Of a stretch of DNA of 64,000 bases, positions 45,091 through 55,553 are shown one piece after another. Positions within the stretch are counted from its first letter, which is position 1. Each line of letters begins with the position of its first letter. The DNA comes from Patescibacteria group bacterium (GTDB taxonomy: Bacteria; Patescibacteriota; Patescibacteriia; Patescibacteriales; UBA12465). The DNA lies in NCBI GenBank assembly GCA_041671365.1, contig JBAZBP010000001.1:30081-94080 (forward strand). The letters are read 5' to 3'. A model generated the notes under the pieces. It saw only the letters and a program-made list of their open reading frames with translations, was not told the origin of the DNA and ran no database searches. The position numbers and the translations under genes were made by a program.

Positions 45091-45735
45091 ATGATTATTA
45101 CTTGGCAGGGTCATTCTTGCTTTAAAATTCAAGATAAAATCGGACCGGACGGCGTGACGCTGGTCACTGATCCCTTTGATAAAGCCGTTGGTCTGAAAGT
45201 GCCTAATTTTGAAGCGAACATTGTTACCGTTTCTCATCAGCACCACGATCATAATAATGTCGGTGCCTTGCGCGGAGCGCCTTTTGTTATTGATTGTGCC
45301 GGGGAATATGATTTTAAAGGAGTTCTTATTGAAGGCATAGATTCTTATCATGATGATAAAAATGGAACAGAGCGGGGTGGCAATGTTATTTATAGAATCG
45401 AAATTGACGATATTTCAATAGTGCATTTGGGTGATTTGGGACAGATTTTGGACAATGCTCAGCTGGAAAAATTAGTGGGAACCGATATTTTATTGATACC
45501 GGTTGGAGGAAAATATACTATTGACGCTAAAAAAGCGGTTGAAGTAATTTCGCAGATTGAACCGCGTATTGTTATTCCTATGCATTATAAAACCAAAGAT
45601 TCGCAGGTAGACGTTGACGGTGTTGATAAATTTATTAAGGAATTGGGTTTAACCCCGACCTATGAAGAAAAATTAAAAATTTCTAAAAAAGATCTTCCTC
45701 AGGAAGATAGAGAGTTAATAATATTAAGCTTATAA
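45091..45735 (+). CDS. MBL-fold metal-dependent hydrolase (UPF0173-like)
   Basis: MIITWQGHSCFKI start and SHQHHDH metal motif. Confidence 0.7.
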   Translation: MIITWQGHSCFKIQDKIGPDGVTLVTDPFDKAVGLKVPNFEANIVTVSHQHHDHNNVGALRGAPFVIDCAGEYDFKGVLIEGIDSYHDDKNGTERGGNVIYRIEIDDISIVHLGDLGQILDNAQLEKLVGTDILLIPVGGKYTIDAKKAVEVISQIEPRIVIPMHYKTKDSQVDVDGVDKFIKELGLTPTYEEKLKISKKDLPQEDRELIILSL

Positions 45736-45738
45736 TAT

Positions 45739-46341
45739 ATGATTCATCCGAAGAAAGAACAGACATTGGTTATTCTTAAACCTGATGCGGTGCAGCGCGG
45801 GTTGGTTGGGGAAATTATTAAAAGAATCGAAAACACGGGTTTGAAATTAGTGGCTTTAAAAATAACCATGGCTACCGAGGAACAACTTTGGAAACATTAT
45901 AATAAGGATGATGAATGGTTTTTGAAGAAGGGGCAGAGAACAATCGAAGAGAAACAAGCGGCCGGATTAGCGATTGAAAAGGAAGCGATTGAATATGGTA
46001 AAGATATTATTCGAGCTCTGGTCAAATTTATGAGTTGCGGTCCGATTGTGCCGATGGTTTGGGAGGGCAATCAAGCCGTCGGGATTGTTAAAAAAATAGT
46101 CGGTTCGACCGAGCCCTTATCTTCCGATGGTGGGACAATCCGCGGCGATTATACTTTAGATTCCTATGCTTTGTCCAGTATTGATAATCGAGCAGTTCGT
46201 AATCTTGTCCATTGTTCCGATCCGTTATCAGAGGCGGCAAGAGAGATGCCTATTTGGTTTACGTCAGAAGAAATCTTGAAATATCGCCTAGTATCAGAGC
46301 AAATTCTTTATGACGTCAATCTTGATGGCATTAAGGAGTAA
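45739..46341 (+). CDS. ndk: Nucleoside-diphosphate kinase (long form with an internal insertion)
   Basis: TLVILKPDAVQRGLVGEII, GPIVPMVWEG and catalytic-His region NLVHCSD. About 200 aa. Confidence 0.8.
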   Translation: MIHPKKEQTLVILKPDAVQRGLVGEIIKRIENTGLKLVALKITMATEEQLWKHYNKDDEWFLKKGQRTIEEKQAAGLAIEKEAIEYGKDIIRALVKFMSCGPIVPMVWEGNQAVGIVKKIVGSTEPLSSDGGTIRGDYTLDSYALSSIDNRAVRNLVHCSDPLSEAAREMPIWFTSEEILKYRLVSEQILYDVNLDGIKE

Positions 46342-46345
46342 TATT

Positions 46346-46864
46346 ATGGAAGAAAATCGACCCAAAAAAATATTATTAATGCAAATAACGGTAACTATTT
46401 TAGCGATTTTTATTTTATTAATTTGGGTTTTTAATTTAAAAAATATTTGGCGCAATAATCAACAAACGTCAGCGACCAGCGATCAAGAGTCTTGGGTAAA
46501 ATTAAAGACTGATTTAAATAAAACTTTGGCGGATATACAAGGACAACTTGGTAAAATTAATAAAGTTGCCGTTCCTCAGGCATCAACCAGCAGCACTGAT
46601 TTTTTAGTAAATTTATTAAAAAACACCAAGAGTTCTACCTCGCCTTCTGCGGTTGATATTGTTATGGCCACTACAACCGTCGCTACAAGCTCTATTGTAT
46701 CTACAAGTTCCATTGCTACTACTACATTCGAGGCTGAAACTCCATTGCCTGTCGATAAACAGAATAATTGTCCTAAATATATAAACTGTATGCCAACTAT
46801 CGGATCGGCTCCTGTTTGTCAGATTCCTGTCGGTTGCGAGGGCATAACAGCACTTGTTTATTAA
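46346..46864 (+). CDS. Membrane-anchored protein with Ser/Thr-rich linker and Cys-rich C-terminus, unknown function
   Basis: Start at MEENRPKK (ATG 46346). One N-terminal helix. C-terminal [23 protein letters not shown]. Confidence 0.5.
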   Translation: MEENRPKKILLMQITVTILAIFILLIWVFNLKNIWRNNQQTSATSDQESWVKLKTDLNKTLADIQGQLGKINKVAVPQASTSSTDFLVNLLKNTKSSTSPSAVDIVMATTTVATSSIVSTSSIATTTFEAETPLPVDKQNNCPKYINCMPTIGSAPVCQIPVGCEGITALVY

Positions 46865-46869
46865 TTTTT

Positions 46870-49407
46870 ATGTCTAAACCAGATAAAAATAAATTAGAAG
46901 ATTCATCGTCGGAATCAATTGATTCTTCCTCGGAGTTTACGACCAATTTACGTAAAAAAACCGCTTACGGTCTAGTAGAAGAACAGCCGATTGTCGATGA
47001 AATGAGTAAATCTTATTTGGAATACGCCATGAGCGTTATTGTTTCGCGCGCCCTGCCGGACGTTCGCGACGGCTTAAAGCCGGTGCATCGTCGTATTTTA
47101 TATGCCATGTGGGATATTGGTCTAAAGGCTAACGCTAAGTTTCGTAAATCAGCTACGGTAGTCGGTGAAGTTTTAGGTAAATATCATCCTCATGGAGATT
47201 CGGCCGTTTATGAATCCATGGTGCGCATGGCTCAGGAATTTTCTTTGCGCTATCCTTTAGTGCGCGGACAAGGAAACTTTGGATCAATGGACGGAGACAA
47301 TGCGGCAGCGATGCGTTATACTGAAGCAAAACTTTCGGCCGTCGCCGAAGAAATGCTTTTTGATATTGATAAAGATACGGTAGATTTTATTCCGAACTAT
47401 GACGGTAGTCATAAGGAACCGCGTTTATTGCCGGCCAAGCTGCCTAATTTATTATTAAACGGGACGATGGGAATCGCCGTTGGCATGTCGACTAATATAC
47501 CCCCTCATAATTTAAGGGAATTGGCCGAGGCGATTGATTATTTGATTGTTAATCCGGAAGCGAGCGTTGAAGATTTAATGCAGTTTGTGAAGGGTCCAGA
47601 CTTTCCTACCGGTGGAATTATTTATGATAAAAAAGAAATTTTAGCCGCTTATGCTACCGGTAAAGGCGGCGTTGTCGTTCGTGGCCGAGCTAATGTGGAA
47701 GAAGAAAAATCTGGTGGATTTAAAATTGTTATTTCCGAAATACCTTATCAAGTTAATAAGGCGGATTTGGTGGAAAAAATCGCCGATTTGGTTAAAGATA
47801 AAAAAATAGAAGGAATTAAGGCCTTGCGAGATGAATCGGATAAAGATGGCGTTCGTGTGGTTATGGAATTAAAGAAAGACTCATATCCTAAGAAAATTTT
47901 AAATAGTCTTTATAAACATACCTCTCTGCAAACCACTTTCCATCTTAATATGTTGGCTTTAGTCGACGGTATTCAACCTAAAGTTCTTACTTTAAAGATG
48001 ATTTTAGAGGAATATATCAAACATCGAGAAGAAGTCGTTCGCCGTAGAACGCAGTTTGATTTAAATAGAGCTCAAGATCGCGCTCATATTTTAGAAGGCC
48101 TAATGATTGCCTTAAAGCATATTGACGAGGTCATCAAGACGATTAAAGCTTCTAAAGACAAAGAAGTAGCGAAAGTTAATTTAATTAAAAAATTTAAACT
48201 GTCGGAGAGACAAGCGATTGCTATTTTAGAGATGCGTTTGCAGAATTTAGCGAACCTCGAGCAACTGAGAGTAGAGGAAGAATTGAAAGAAAAATTGAAG
48301 TTGATTAAAGAATTAGAAGCAATTTTAAGATCAGTTGCTAAAATTCGTAGTATTGTTAAAGAAGAATTAAAGATTTTAGCTGATAAATATGGCGATGAAC
48401 GACGAACTGAGGTTGTCGCCCATGGTATTAAAGAATTTAGTATGGAGGATTTGGTGCCCAATGAAGAAACGGTAGTTATGATGACCCGTGATGGTTACAT
48501 TAAAAGAATAGAGCCGGATACCTTTAAGGTCCAAGCGCGCGGGGGAAAAGGCGTAATGGGGCTAACCACTAAGGAAGAGGATATGGTTGAATTTATGTTT
48601 AGTTCCCAGACTCATAATGATATTTTATTTTTTACTACCAAGGGCCGGGCTTTTCAATTGAAGGTTTATGAAATACCGGCAGCGTCACGAATTGCTAAGG
48701 GCACTCCGGTTGTAAATTTTTTACAACTTATCGGCAGTGAACAAGTTTCATCTATTTTGCCTTTAGATAAGGCAGTTTTCAGTAAATATTTATTTTTTGC
48801 GACTGAAAAAGGATTAGTGAAAAAAGTAGAGTTGAGCGCTTTTTCTAATGTCCGCCGCAGCGGCCTGATTGCTATTAAAATCAAAGAGGATGATAAATTA
48901 ATTTGGGTTAAGCCCACTTCCGGGACTGATCATATTCAGTTAATAACTGCTAAAGGTCAGGCTGTTAGATTTAAAGAAACGGATGTTCGAGATATGGGAC
49001 GAGGAGCGGCCGGTGTCCATGGAATTAGGCTGCACAAAGATGACTTGGTTATTGGTATGGGAGTCGCCAAAACCGATAAAGACAAAAAAAGGAATTATCA
49101 AATTTTAACGATTATGGCGCATGGTTTTGGAAAACGAACAGAACTTAATGCCTATAAGATTCAAGGACGCGGTGGCAGTGGCATTAAAACCGCTAAAGTA
49201 ACGACTAAAACCGGGGATATTACTAATGCTTTTTTAGTTAATGCCGATAATATGGAAGGAAGGGATATAATTATTATTTCCGAACAGGGGCAGGTTATTA
49301 GAACGCCATTCAAGTCGGTTAGTGTTTTAGGGCGAGATACGCAAGGAGTGCGGATTATGCGTTTTAAAGAAGAGAGCGATAAAATTGCCGGTGTTACTTG
49401 GGTTTAA
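46870..49407 (+). CDS. gyrA: DNA gyrase subunit A
   Basis: Start at MSKPDKN (ATG 46870). [23 protein letters not shown], the catalytic-Tyr region AAMRYTE, and C-terminal beta-pinwheel repeats. Confidence 0.9.
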   Translation: MSKPDKNKLEDSSSESIDSSSEFTTNLRKKTAYGLVEEQPIVDEMSKSYLEYAMSVIVSRALPDVRDGLKPVHRRILYAMWDIGLKANAKFRKSATVVGEVLGKYHPHGDSAVYESMVRMAQEFSLRYPLVRGQGNFGSMDGDNAAAMRYTEAKLSAVAEEMLFDIDKDTVDFIPNYDGSHKEPRLLPAKLPNLLLNGTMGIAVGMSTNIPPHNLRELAEAIDYLIVNPEASVEDLMQFVKGPDFPTGGIIYDKKEILAAYATGKGGVVVRGRANVEEEKSGGFKIVISEIPYQVNKADLVEKIADLVKDKKIEGIKALRDESDKDGVRVVMELKKDSYPKKILNSLYKHTSLQTTFHLNMLALVDGIQPKVLTLKMILEEYIKHREEVVRRRTQFDLNRAQDRAHILEGLMIALKHIDEVIKTIKASKDKEVAKVNLIKKFKLSERQAIAILEMRLQNLANLEQLRVEEELKEKLKLIKELEAILRSVAKIRSIVKEELKILADKYGDERRTEVVAHGIKEFSMEDLVPNEETVVMMTRDGYIKRIEPDTFKVQARGGKGVMGLTTKEEDMVEFMFSSQTHNDILFFTTKGRAFQLKVYEIPAASRIAKGTPVVNFLQLIGSEQVSSILPLDKAVFSKYLFFATEKGLVKKVELSAFSNVRRSGLIAIKIKEDDKLIWVKPTSGTDHIQLITAKGQAVRFKETDVRDMGRGAAGVHGIRLHKDDLVIGMGVAKTDKDKKRNYQILTIMAHGFGKRTELNAYKIQGRGGSGIKTAKVTTKTGDITNAFLVNADNMEGRDIIIISEQGQVIRTPFKSVSVLGRDTQGVRIMRFKEESDKIAGVTWV

Positions 49408-49408
49408 T

Positions 49409-49846
49409 ATGGTCAAATTTTTTAAAGAATTTAAAGATTTTTCCGTGAAAGGAAACGCCATTGATCTCGCTGTCGGCGTTATCATTGGTGGCGCTTTCGG
49501 GAAAATCGTTTCTTCTTTGGTGGCGGATATAATTACGCCACCGTTGGGGGTTATAATGGGTGGAGCTAATTTCGCCGATTTTAAAATTACTTTAAAACAA
49601 GCAATAATCGGGGCGAACGGAGCGGTTATGAAGCCGGCGATTAATTTAAATCTTGGTATTTTTTTACAGAATGTTTTAGATTTTTTAATAATCGCTGTGG
49701 TAATTTTTATCATGGTTAAGGCTGTCACGCGCCTGAAAAAGCAATTGAAATTAACCAACGACGAAGCGACTCGTTTTTCTTTAACGAAAGATCAAAATTT
49801 GTTGACGGAAATAAGAGATTTATTAAAAGAGCAAATTAAAAAGTGA
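49409..49846 (+). CDS. mscL: Large-conductance mechanosensitive channel
   Basis: MVKFFKEFKDFSVKGNAIDLAVGVIIGGAFGKIV. Confidence 0.9.
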   Translation: MVKFFKEFKDFSVKGNAIDLAVGVIIGGAFGKIVSSLVADIITPPLGVIMGGANFADFKITLKQAIIGANGAVMKPAINLNLGIFLQNVLDFLIIAVVIFIMVKAVTRLKKQLKLTNDEATRFSLTKDQNLLTEIRDLLKEQIKK

Positions 49847-49867
49847 TTTAAATAAAGATATTTTTAT

Positions 49868-50977
49868 ATGGAGAATTTGCTTATAATATTTTTATTAATA
49901 ATTTTGATAATCGGTTTAATTTCCGTGATTTTTTTGTTGTTGCGGAAAAAAGAAGGTGTTAATGATCAGAAAATCGATGCCGTGACCGAACGTTTAATTC
50001 AGCAATCGGAAAAATTAACGCAACTCTCTAATCAGAACAATGAGTTGCGTCTGGAGTTGGATCGTAAATTATCGGAAACCCATCGAACCAATCAAGAACA
50101 ATTCGGCCAAAACGCCAAGATTGTTCAAAATATTACTTCTCAATCGGCTAAGTTAATCGCCGATGTAACCGAGAAGTTAACTAAATTAGACGAGACCAAT
50201 AAACAGGTCGTTAATTTTTCGGCGCAATTGCAAAACTTACAAGATATTTTAAAAAATCCTAAACAGCGCGGAGTTTTGGGGGAATATTTTTTGGAAGAGA
50301 CTTTAAAAAATGTTTTACCGCCGAAGTCGTATCAGATGCAATATCCGTTTAAGGATGGGACAATTGTCGATGCCGTAGTGTTTGTTAAAGATAAAGTTAT
50401 TCCGATTGATGCTAAATTTTCCTTGGAAAATTATGAGAAATTGATTAATTGTTCTGATTCTGATTCTCGGAAAAAATTAGAAATTCAGTTTAAGCAGGAT
50501 TTAAAGAATCGTATCGATGAAACAGCTAAATACGTCAAACCGGGCGAGAATACTCTAGAATTCGCTTTTATGTTTATTCCCTCGGAGGCAATTTATTATG
50601 ATTTATTGGTTAATTCGGTGGGTGCGGTAAAAGTTAATACGCGTGATTTAATTGAATATGCTTTTCGTGATAAAAAGGTAATTATTGTTTCTCCGACTTC
50701 TTTCTTGGCTTATTTACAGACTGTTTTACAGGGATTGAAAGCTATGCAAATCGAAGAAAAGGCTAAAGAAATTCGAGCGAATATTGAAAAACTTCAGAGA
50801 CATATGAATAGCTATGATGATTTTATGAAAAAGCTGGGAGTATCAATGTCTACTACGGTAAATCATTATAATAATGCTTATATCGAATTTAAAAAAATAG
50901 ATAAAGACGTGACCAAGATTACCGACTCCGAAAGCAAAATTGAAGTTTTAAAAATTGAGCGTCCTAAAAACAATTAA
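49868..50977 (+). CDS. rmuC: DNA recombination protein RmuC
   Basis: N-terminal anchor, coiled coil, then the RmuC nuclease-like domain (KQRGVLGEYFLEETL..., FMFIPSEAIY). Confidence 0.8.
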   Translation: MENLLIIFLLIILIIGLISVIFLLLRKKEGVNDQKIDAVTERLIQQSEKLTQLSNQNNELRLELDRKLSETHRTNQEQFGQNAKIVQNITSQSAKLIADVTEKLTKLDETNKQVVNFSAQLQNLQDILKNPKQRGVLGEYFLEETLKNVLPPKSYQMQYPFKDGTIVDAVVFVKDKVIPIDAKFSLENYEKLINCSDSDSRKKLEIQFKQDLKNRIDETAKYVKPGENTLEFAFMFIPSEAIYYDLLVNSVGAVKVNTRDLIEYAFRDKKVIIVSPTSFLAYLQTVLQGLKAMQIEEKAKEIRANIEKLQRHMNSYDDFMKKLGVSMSTTVNHYNNAYIEFKKIDKDVTKITDSESKIEVLKIERPKNN

Positions 50978-50984
50978 TAAATCC

Positions 50985-51911
50985 ATGTCTGAAGATGGTT
51001 TAAAAGATTTTGATCGGTCGCTGAGAGCAATCATTTCGGTGGTTGCTTTCTTTGATATGTTCGAATATCCGTTAACGGCTTATGAAATTTGGGAAAATTT
51101 GGACAAATCGATAGAATTAGAAAAAATTTATAAAATTTTAGAACCAGTGACAAATAATTTTATTTTTAGCGACGGCCAAAATAATAACGCTTATCGGCTG
51201 ATTATCCAACAAAAGAACGGGTTTTATTTTTTAAATGGTCGAGCCGAGATAGTGGTCACTCGACAAAAACGATATAATTATTTTTGTCGTAAAGTTAAAA
51301 TCGCCCGAAGGTTTACTTATTTATTTAGTTTTTTCCCATTTGTTCGAGTTGTGGCTCTTGCCAATATTATTGGTGCCTATAATTTACACGACGGCAGCGA
51401 TATTGATTTTTTTATTATTACCGAGCCGCGGCGAATTTGGCTGAGCCGTTTATATTGTACCGGTTTAGCTAAAATTTTAAACAGTCGGCCGAATATTCGG
51501 ACCAAAAAGGATAAGATTTGTTTAAGTTTTTATTTAACTCAGGATTATTCTAATTTAACTAATTTACGTCTTAGCGGCGAAGATCCTTATTTTGATTATT
51601 GGCGTCGGGGTTTAGTTTTGTTATATAATAAAAATAAGTCTTATGAACATTTTTTAAATAATAATAGTGCAGCTATTGATTTAAAAACAATTTATCCAGT
51701 AGTTAAAAAAAATTGCTTAGACTGGCTAGAAAGACAGGCGAAAGCATGGCAATTAAAAATTATGCCGCCAATATTAAAAGCGGCGATAAATAATTCGGCC
51801 GGTGTCGTCGTTAATGATCAGGTGTTAAAATTTTATCAGCACGATCGCCGCCGAGAATATGCCCAAAAATATGGAAACAAGATTCATGAAATTTTTAAAG
51901 AAAACTATTGA
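50985..51911 (+). CDS. Hypothetical protein with a possible nucleotidyltransferase-like core
   Basis: Start at MSEDGLK (ATG 50985). The GSDIDFFIIT segment recalls the minimal nucleotidyltransferase fold. Confidence 0.45.
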   Translation: MSEDGLKDFDRSLRAIISVVAFFDMFEYPLTAYEIWENLDKSIELEKIYKILEPVTNNFIFSDGQNNNAYRLIIQQKNGFYFLNGRAEIVVTRQKRYNYFCRKVKIARRFTYLFSFFPFVRVVALANIIGAYNLHDGSDIDFFIITEPRRIWLSRLYCTGLAKILNSRPNIRTKKDKICLSFYLTQDYSNLTNLRLSGEDPYFDYWRRGLVLLYNKNKSYEHFLNNNSAAIDLKTIYPVVKKNCLDWLERQAKAWQLKIMPPILKAAINNSAGVVVNDQVLKFYQHDRRREYAQKYGNKIHEIFKENY

Positions 51912-53169
51912 GTATTCGTTTTATCTCTTTATTTTTCTCTTTCCCTGGCAAACTAAAATAGTTTTGCGAGCGGCGGCTACTAACTTTACGGAGATTAGTT
52001 TATACCTTAGCCATTTATTGCTGCTGGTGATTTTAATTGTTTTTTTTAGTTACAAACTTCGACGCCCGGGTCAAGAGGAAAAAATTACTTGGCTCTGGGG
52101 AGCTTTGATTGGTTTAGAATTAATGATTTTAGCTTCATTTTTTTTCGCGCCCGATCAGACACTGGCTTTTTATCACTATATTTTATTTTTAACCGGCATT
52201 AGTTTGTTTTATTTATTGCGCGAAGGACAAGCGGTTGCTGGATATGAAGACGGTTTATTAGATCAAGTTAAGATTATTTATAGCTTATTGGCTAGCCTAT
52301 TTTTGCAAGCAGTTTTAGGAATTTATCAGTTTTTACAACAGTTTACGCCGGTTTTTAAATATTTAGGTTTAGCATCGCATGATTCGAGTTCGGTTGGAAC
52401 AGCCGTTGTTGAGACTGCTTCCGGGCGCTGGCTGAGGGCTTATGGCGGGATGGACCACCCTAATATTTTCGGCGGGGCTTTGGCTATTTCTTTAATTTTG
52501 GCGGCTTATTTGCTGGCTAAGAAAAAAGTAATCCGTTCAAATAGAGAAATTATTGAATCACTTTTTTTATTTATTTTTTATTTTGTAGCTTTATTTGCTT
52601 TATTTTTTACTTTTTCTCGAGCTGCTTGGCTAGCTCTCGTATTGGGTCTACTTGTTCTTTTGTTAACTTTAATTATAAAAAAAGATTATTGGGTCCTTGG
52701 CCGTTTTATAGTTTTATTGTGTTTTTCTCTAGTGATGATTTTTGCCGTCGCTTTTCCTTACAGAGATTTAGTGGCGGTGAGAGTCAGTGATGATACTCGT
52801 TTAGAGCAAAAATCACTTCAAGAGCGTCAAGATTATTTAATTCAAGCTCGAGATTTAATTAAAAATAATTGGCTGTTCGGTGTCGGGGTTGGCAATTATA
52901 CGGTTGCCTTGGCCGAACAAGAGTCGACGTCTCGAAATATCTGGGCTTATCAGCCGGTTCATAATGTTTTTTTGCTGTTGTGGGCACAAAGCGGCACGCT
53001 CGCCTTGATTTTTTTCTGTTTTTTTCTTTTTCTGCTAAAAAAAGATCGTCGGACGATCTTAGCCTGGACGATTTTTATAGTTCTTTTGGTTCTAATGCTG
53101 GCTGATCATTGGTTGTTAAGCTTACCGTTTGGTTTATTATTTTTATTTTTAGTTTTAGGCCTGCTCTGA
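51886..53169 (+). CDS. O-antigen ligase-like (Wzy_C domain) membrane protein
   Basis: Polytopic ORF. The loop motif YQPVHNVFLLLWAQSGTLA parallels the one in 19628..21028. The exact start is uncertain (51871 or 51886). Confidence 0.6.
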   Translation: MKFLKKTIEYSFYLFIFLFPWQTKIVLRAAATNFTEISLYLSHLLLLVILIVFFSYKLRRPGQEEKITWLWGALIGLELMILASFFFAPDQTLAFYHYILFLTGISLFYLLREGQAVAGYEDGLLDQVKIIYSLLASLFLQAVLGIYQFLQQFTPVFKYLGLASHDSSSVGTAVVETASGRWLRAYGGMDHPNIFGGALAISLILAAYLLAKKKVIRSNREIIESLFLFIFYFVALFALFFTFSRAAWLALVLGLLVLLLTLIIKKDYWVLGRFIVLLCFSLVMIFAVAFPYRDLVAVRVSDDTRLEQKSLQERQDYLIQARDLIKNNWLFGVGVGNYTVALAEQESTSRNIWAYQPVHNVFLLLWAQSGTLALIFFCFFLFLLKKDRRTILAWTIFIVLLVLMLADHWLLSLPFGLLFLFLVLGLL

Positions 53170-53405
53170 GTTCGATTATTAATTTGATAATTATTTTGGA
53201 GAAACAGAAAATCGTTTTCTAAATTTAAAAAAGTTTTTTGAAGAAGATCATAATTTTCCGTGTCGTTTTTGGTTATTTGCTGTTTAAGCAGGCTTAAAAC
53301 TGTCGCGATTGTACCGAAATAATCATTATTGGCTACATGAAACTTAGTACTCGACTCATCTTTGACAAGTCTTGGCAGAGAATTTATTTTGTATCTTTTA
53401 GGCAT
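53106..53405 (-). CDS. Small hypothetical protein downstream of radC
   Basis: 99-aa ORF, 27 nt after the radC stop. Its last 64 nt overlap the convergent ligase-like gene. Confidence 0.35.
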   Translation of the reverse strand: MPKRYKINSLPRLVKDESSTKFHVANNDYFGTIATVLSLLKQQITKNDTENYDLLQKTFLNLENDFLFLQNNYQINNRTQSRPKTKNKNNKPNGKLNNQ

Positions 53406-53432
53406 AGATAATAAACCTTAATTCATCCCTGG

Positions 53433-54149
53433 CTAGATGATGCTCACAAAGCGATTTTTGCCAATAATGAGATGATCTAAAATTTCAATATCTAAAATTT
53501 TACTAGCTTCGATTAATTTATTGGTAATTTCGACGTCGGCTTTGGTTGCCTTTAAAACGCCGGAGGGATGATTGTGAGCGATAATCAAAGCCGCGGCGGA
53601 ATATTGTAGAGCCGGACTAAACACTTCACGCGGCTGGACTAAGGTTGCGTCCAGCGTTCCCAGAGAAATTACTTCATCGTGAATTAGCTGATAATGAGTA
53701 TTTAAGTAGAGGCCGCGAAACTGTTCTTTATTTAAATTACCCATATCTTTGAGATAATTAAAAGCTTGAGCGGCCGTCCGAATAGTTATAGAGCCTCCCG
53801 GTTTTTTTTGATAAAAACGGCGTCCTAATTCAAAACAGGCGACTATTTGGCAGGCTTTGGCTAGGGGAATTTTTAAATCTTTTTCGATTAGCGCCGGATT
53901 TTTTTGGTAGGCTATTCCTTTTTCGCCGTATTCACGCAATAAACGGCTGGACATAGAAAAAACTTCCTCTTTTTTAGTGCCGACACCTAAAATAACCGCC
54001 AATAGTTCGGCGGAGCTTAGAGAGCCAACGCCATTTTTAATTATTTTTTCTCGCGGTTTTTCTTCGTCAGGCAAATCCTTAACTCCCAATATTTTATATT
54101 GTTTGCCGTGATTAAGAACAAAATTATGATCGCTAATTTTATAAGACAT
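53433..54149 (-). CDS. radC: RadC-family JAB-domain protein
   Basis: The ELLAVILGVGTK helix-hairpin-helix region and the JAMM motif HNHPSG. Confidence 0.85.
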   Translation of the reverse strand: MSYKISDHNFVLNHGKQYKILGVKDLPDEEKPREKIIKNGVGSLSSAELLAVILGVGTKKEEVFSMSSRLLREYGEKGIAYQKNPALIEKDLKIPLAKACQIVACFELGRRFYQKKPGGSITIRTAAQAFNYLKDMGNLNKEQFRGLYLNTHYQLIHDEVISLGTLDATLVQPREVFSPALQYSAAALIIAHNHPSGVLKATKADVEITNKLIEASKILDIEILDHLIIGKNRFVSII

Positions 54150-54265
54150 AACCTATCTCTAATTAAATAAAATTAAATATTTAACGCTACTTTAAATTAT
54201 ATCAGAGATGTGGTAAATTTAGAATACGCTAGGCAAGCGTTAATCTCTATTTTAAAGGAGATAGC

Positions 54266-55552
54266 TTGAATAGTAATAATAAAAAAATGCATAAATATAA
54301 AATTGATATTTTGTCAAATAAAATTCCTCTGATTACAGTACCCGTAAAAGGAGCAGCCACAACCACCGCTTTGATTATTATTAAAACTGGTTCTAAATAT
54401 GAAAATCGTCAAAACAATGGTTTGTCGCATTTTTTAGAGCATATGTTTTTTAAGGGAACAACTCGTTATCCTAATACTTTGGCTTTATCTAGCGAATTAG
54501 ACTCGCTTGGCGGCGAGTATAATGCTTTTACTTCCAAGGAATATACAGGCTATTGGATCAAGGTAGCGGCTTCGAAACTGAAAGTAGCCTTGAGCATTAT
54601 CAGCGATATGCTTCTGAATTCTAAATTTGAGGCGGAAGAAATTGAGCGGGAGAAAGGAGTGATTATTGAAGAATTAAATATGTATGAAGATAATCCGCTG
54701 ATGCACGTGGAGGATGTTTTTGAATCTTGCCTCTATGGCGATACTCCAGCCGGCTGGGAAACCATCGGAACAAAGGCTAATATTCAAAGTTTTAAGCGGG
54801 AAGATTTTGTCAGCTATTTGCAGACACAATATGGAACTAAGAGTATGTATATTGTTTTGGCCGGTGGAGTTAAATCGGAAGATAAACAAAAAGTGGCCTC
54901 ATTATTTGCGGATTTTAAAGATAATCGCTGGCGGAATAAAATAGCGGTTAAAGAAAAACAGACTAAGCCGCAATTAAAAATTGTCGATAAAAAAACTGAT
55001 CAAGTCAATTTATCTCTCGGCGTGCGCGCTTACCGGATTGGCCATGCTCAAGAACTTAAGGTTAAGCTACTTTCCATAATTCTGGGCGGGTCAATGAGTT
55101 CCCGTCTGTTTATTAATTTGCGCGAACGTAACGGTTTAGCGTATTATGTGCGGACTCTGGCGGAAACTTATTCCGATTCCGGATATTTAACGACTCAGGC
55201 CGGCGTACCGATTGCCAAAACAGAGGCAGCCATTAAAATTATTTTAGCGGAGTATCGAAAGATGACTCAGACTCTGGTTAGTGAATCCGAATTAAACAAG
55301 GCTAAAGACATGTTGCAGGGCAAGTCTTTAATACAAATGGAGGCGACGGATAATTTAGCGGTTTGGTATGCGCGGCAAGCGGTATTGCGAAAAAAACTGG
55401 TAACGCCGGAAGAATTTTTAATTCAGATCAAGAAAATTACGGCGGCGGAATTGAGAACGACCGCTCAAAATATTTTTATTAATGGCGGTTTGAATTTAGC
55501 GTTGATTGGTCAGGTTAAAGCGGATAAATTTAAGAAGATTTTAAAGTTTTAA
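54266..55552 (+). CDS. M16-family (pitrilysin/insulinase-like) zinc peptidase
   Basis: HFLEHMFFKGT inverted zinc motif. TTG start 5 nt after AAGGAG (alternative ATG at 54287). Confidence 0.8.
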   Translation: MNSNNKKMHKYKIDILSNKIPLITVPVKGAATTTALIIIKTGSKYENRQNNGLSHFLEHMFFKGTTRYPNTLALSSELDSLGGEYNAFTSKEYTGYWIKVAASKLKVALSIISDMLLNSKFEAEEIEREKGVIIEELNMYEDNPLMHVEDVFESCLYGDTPAGWETIGTKANIQSFKREDFVSYLQTQYGTKSMYIVLAGGVKSEDKQKVASLFADFKDNRWRNKIAVKEKQTKPQLKIVDKKTDQVNLSLGVRAYRIGHAQELKVKLLSIILGGSMSSRLFINLRERNGLAYYVRTLAETYSDSGYLTTQAGVPIAKTEAAIKIILAEYRKMTQTLVSESELNKAKDMLQGKSLIQMEATDNLAVWYARQAVLRKKLVTPEEFLIQIKKITAAELRTTAQNIFINGGLNLALIGQVKADKFKKILKF

Positions 55553-55553
55553 G

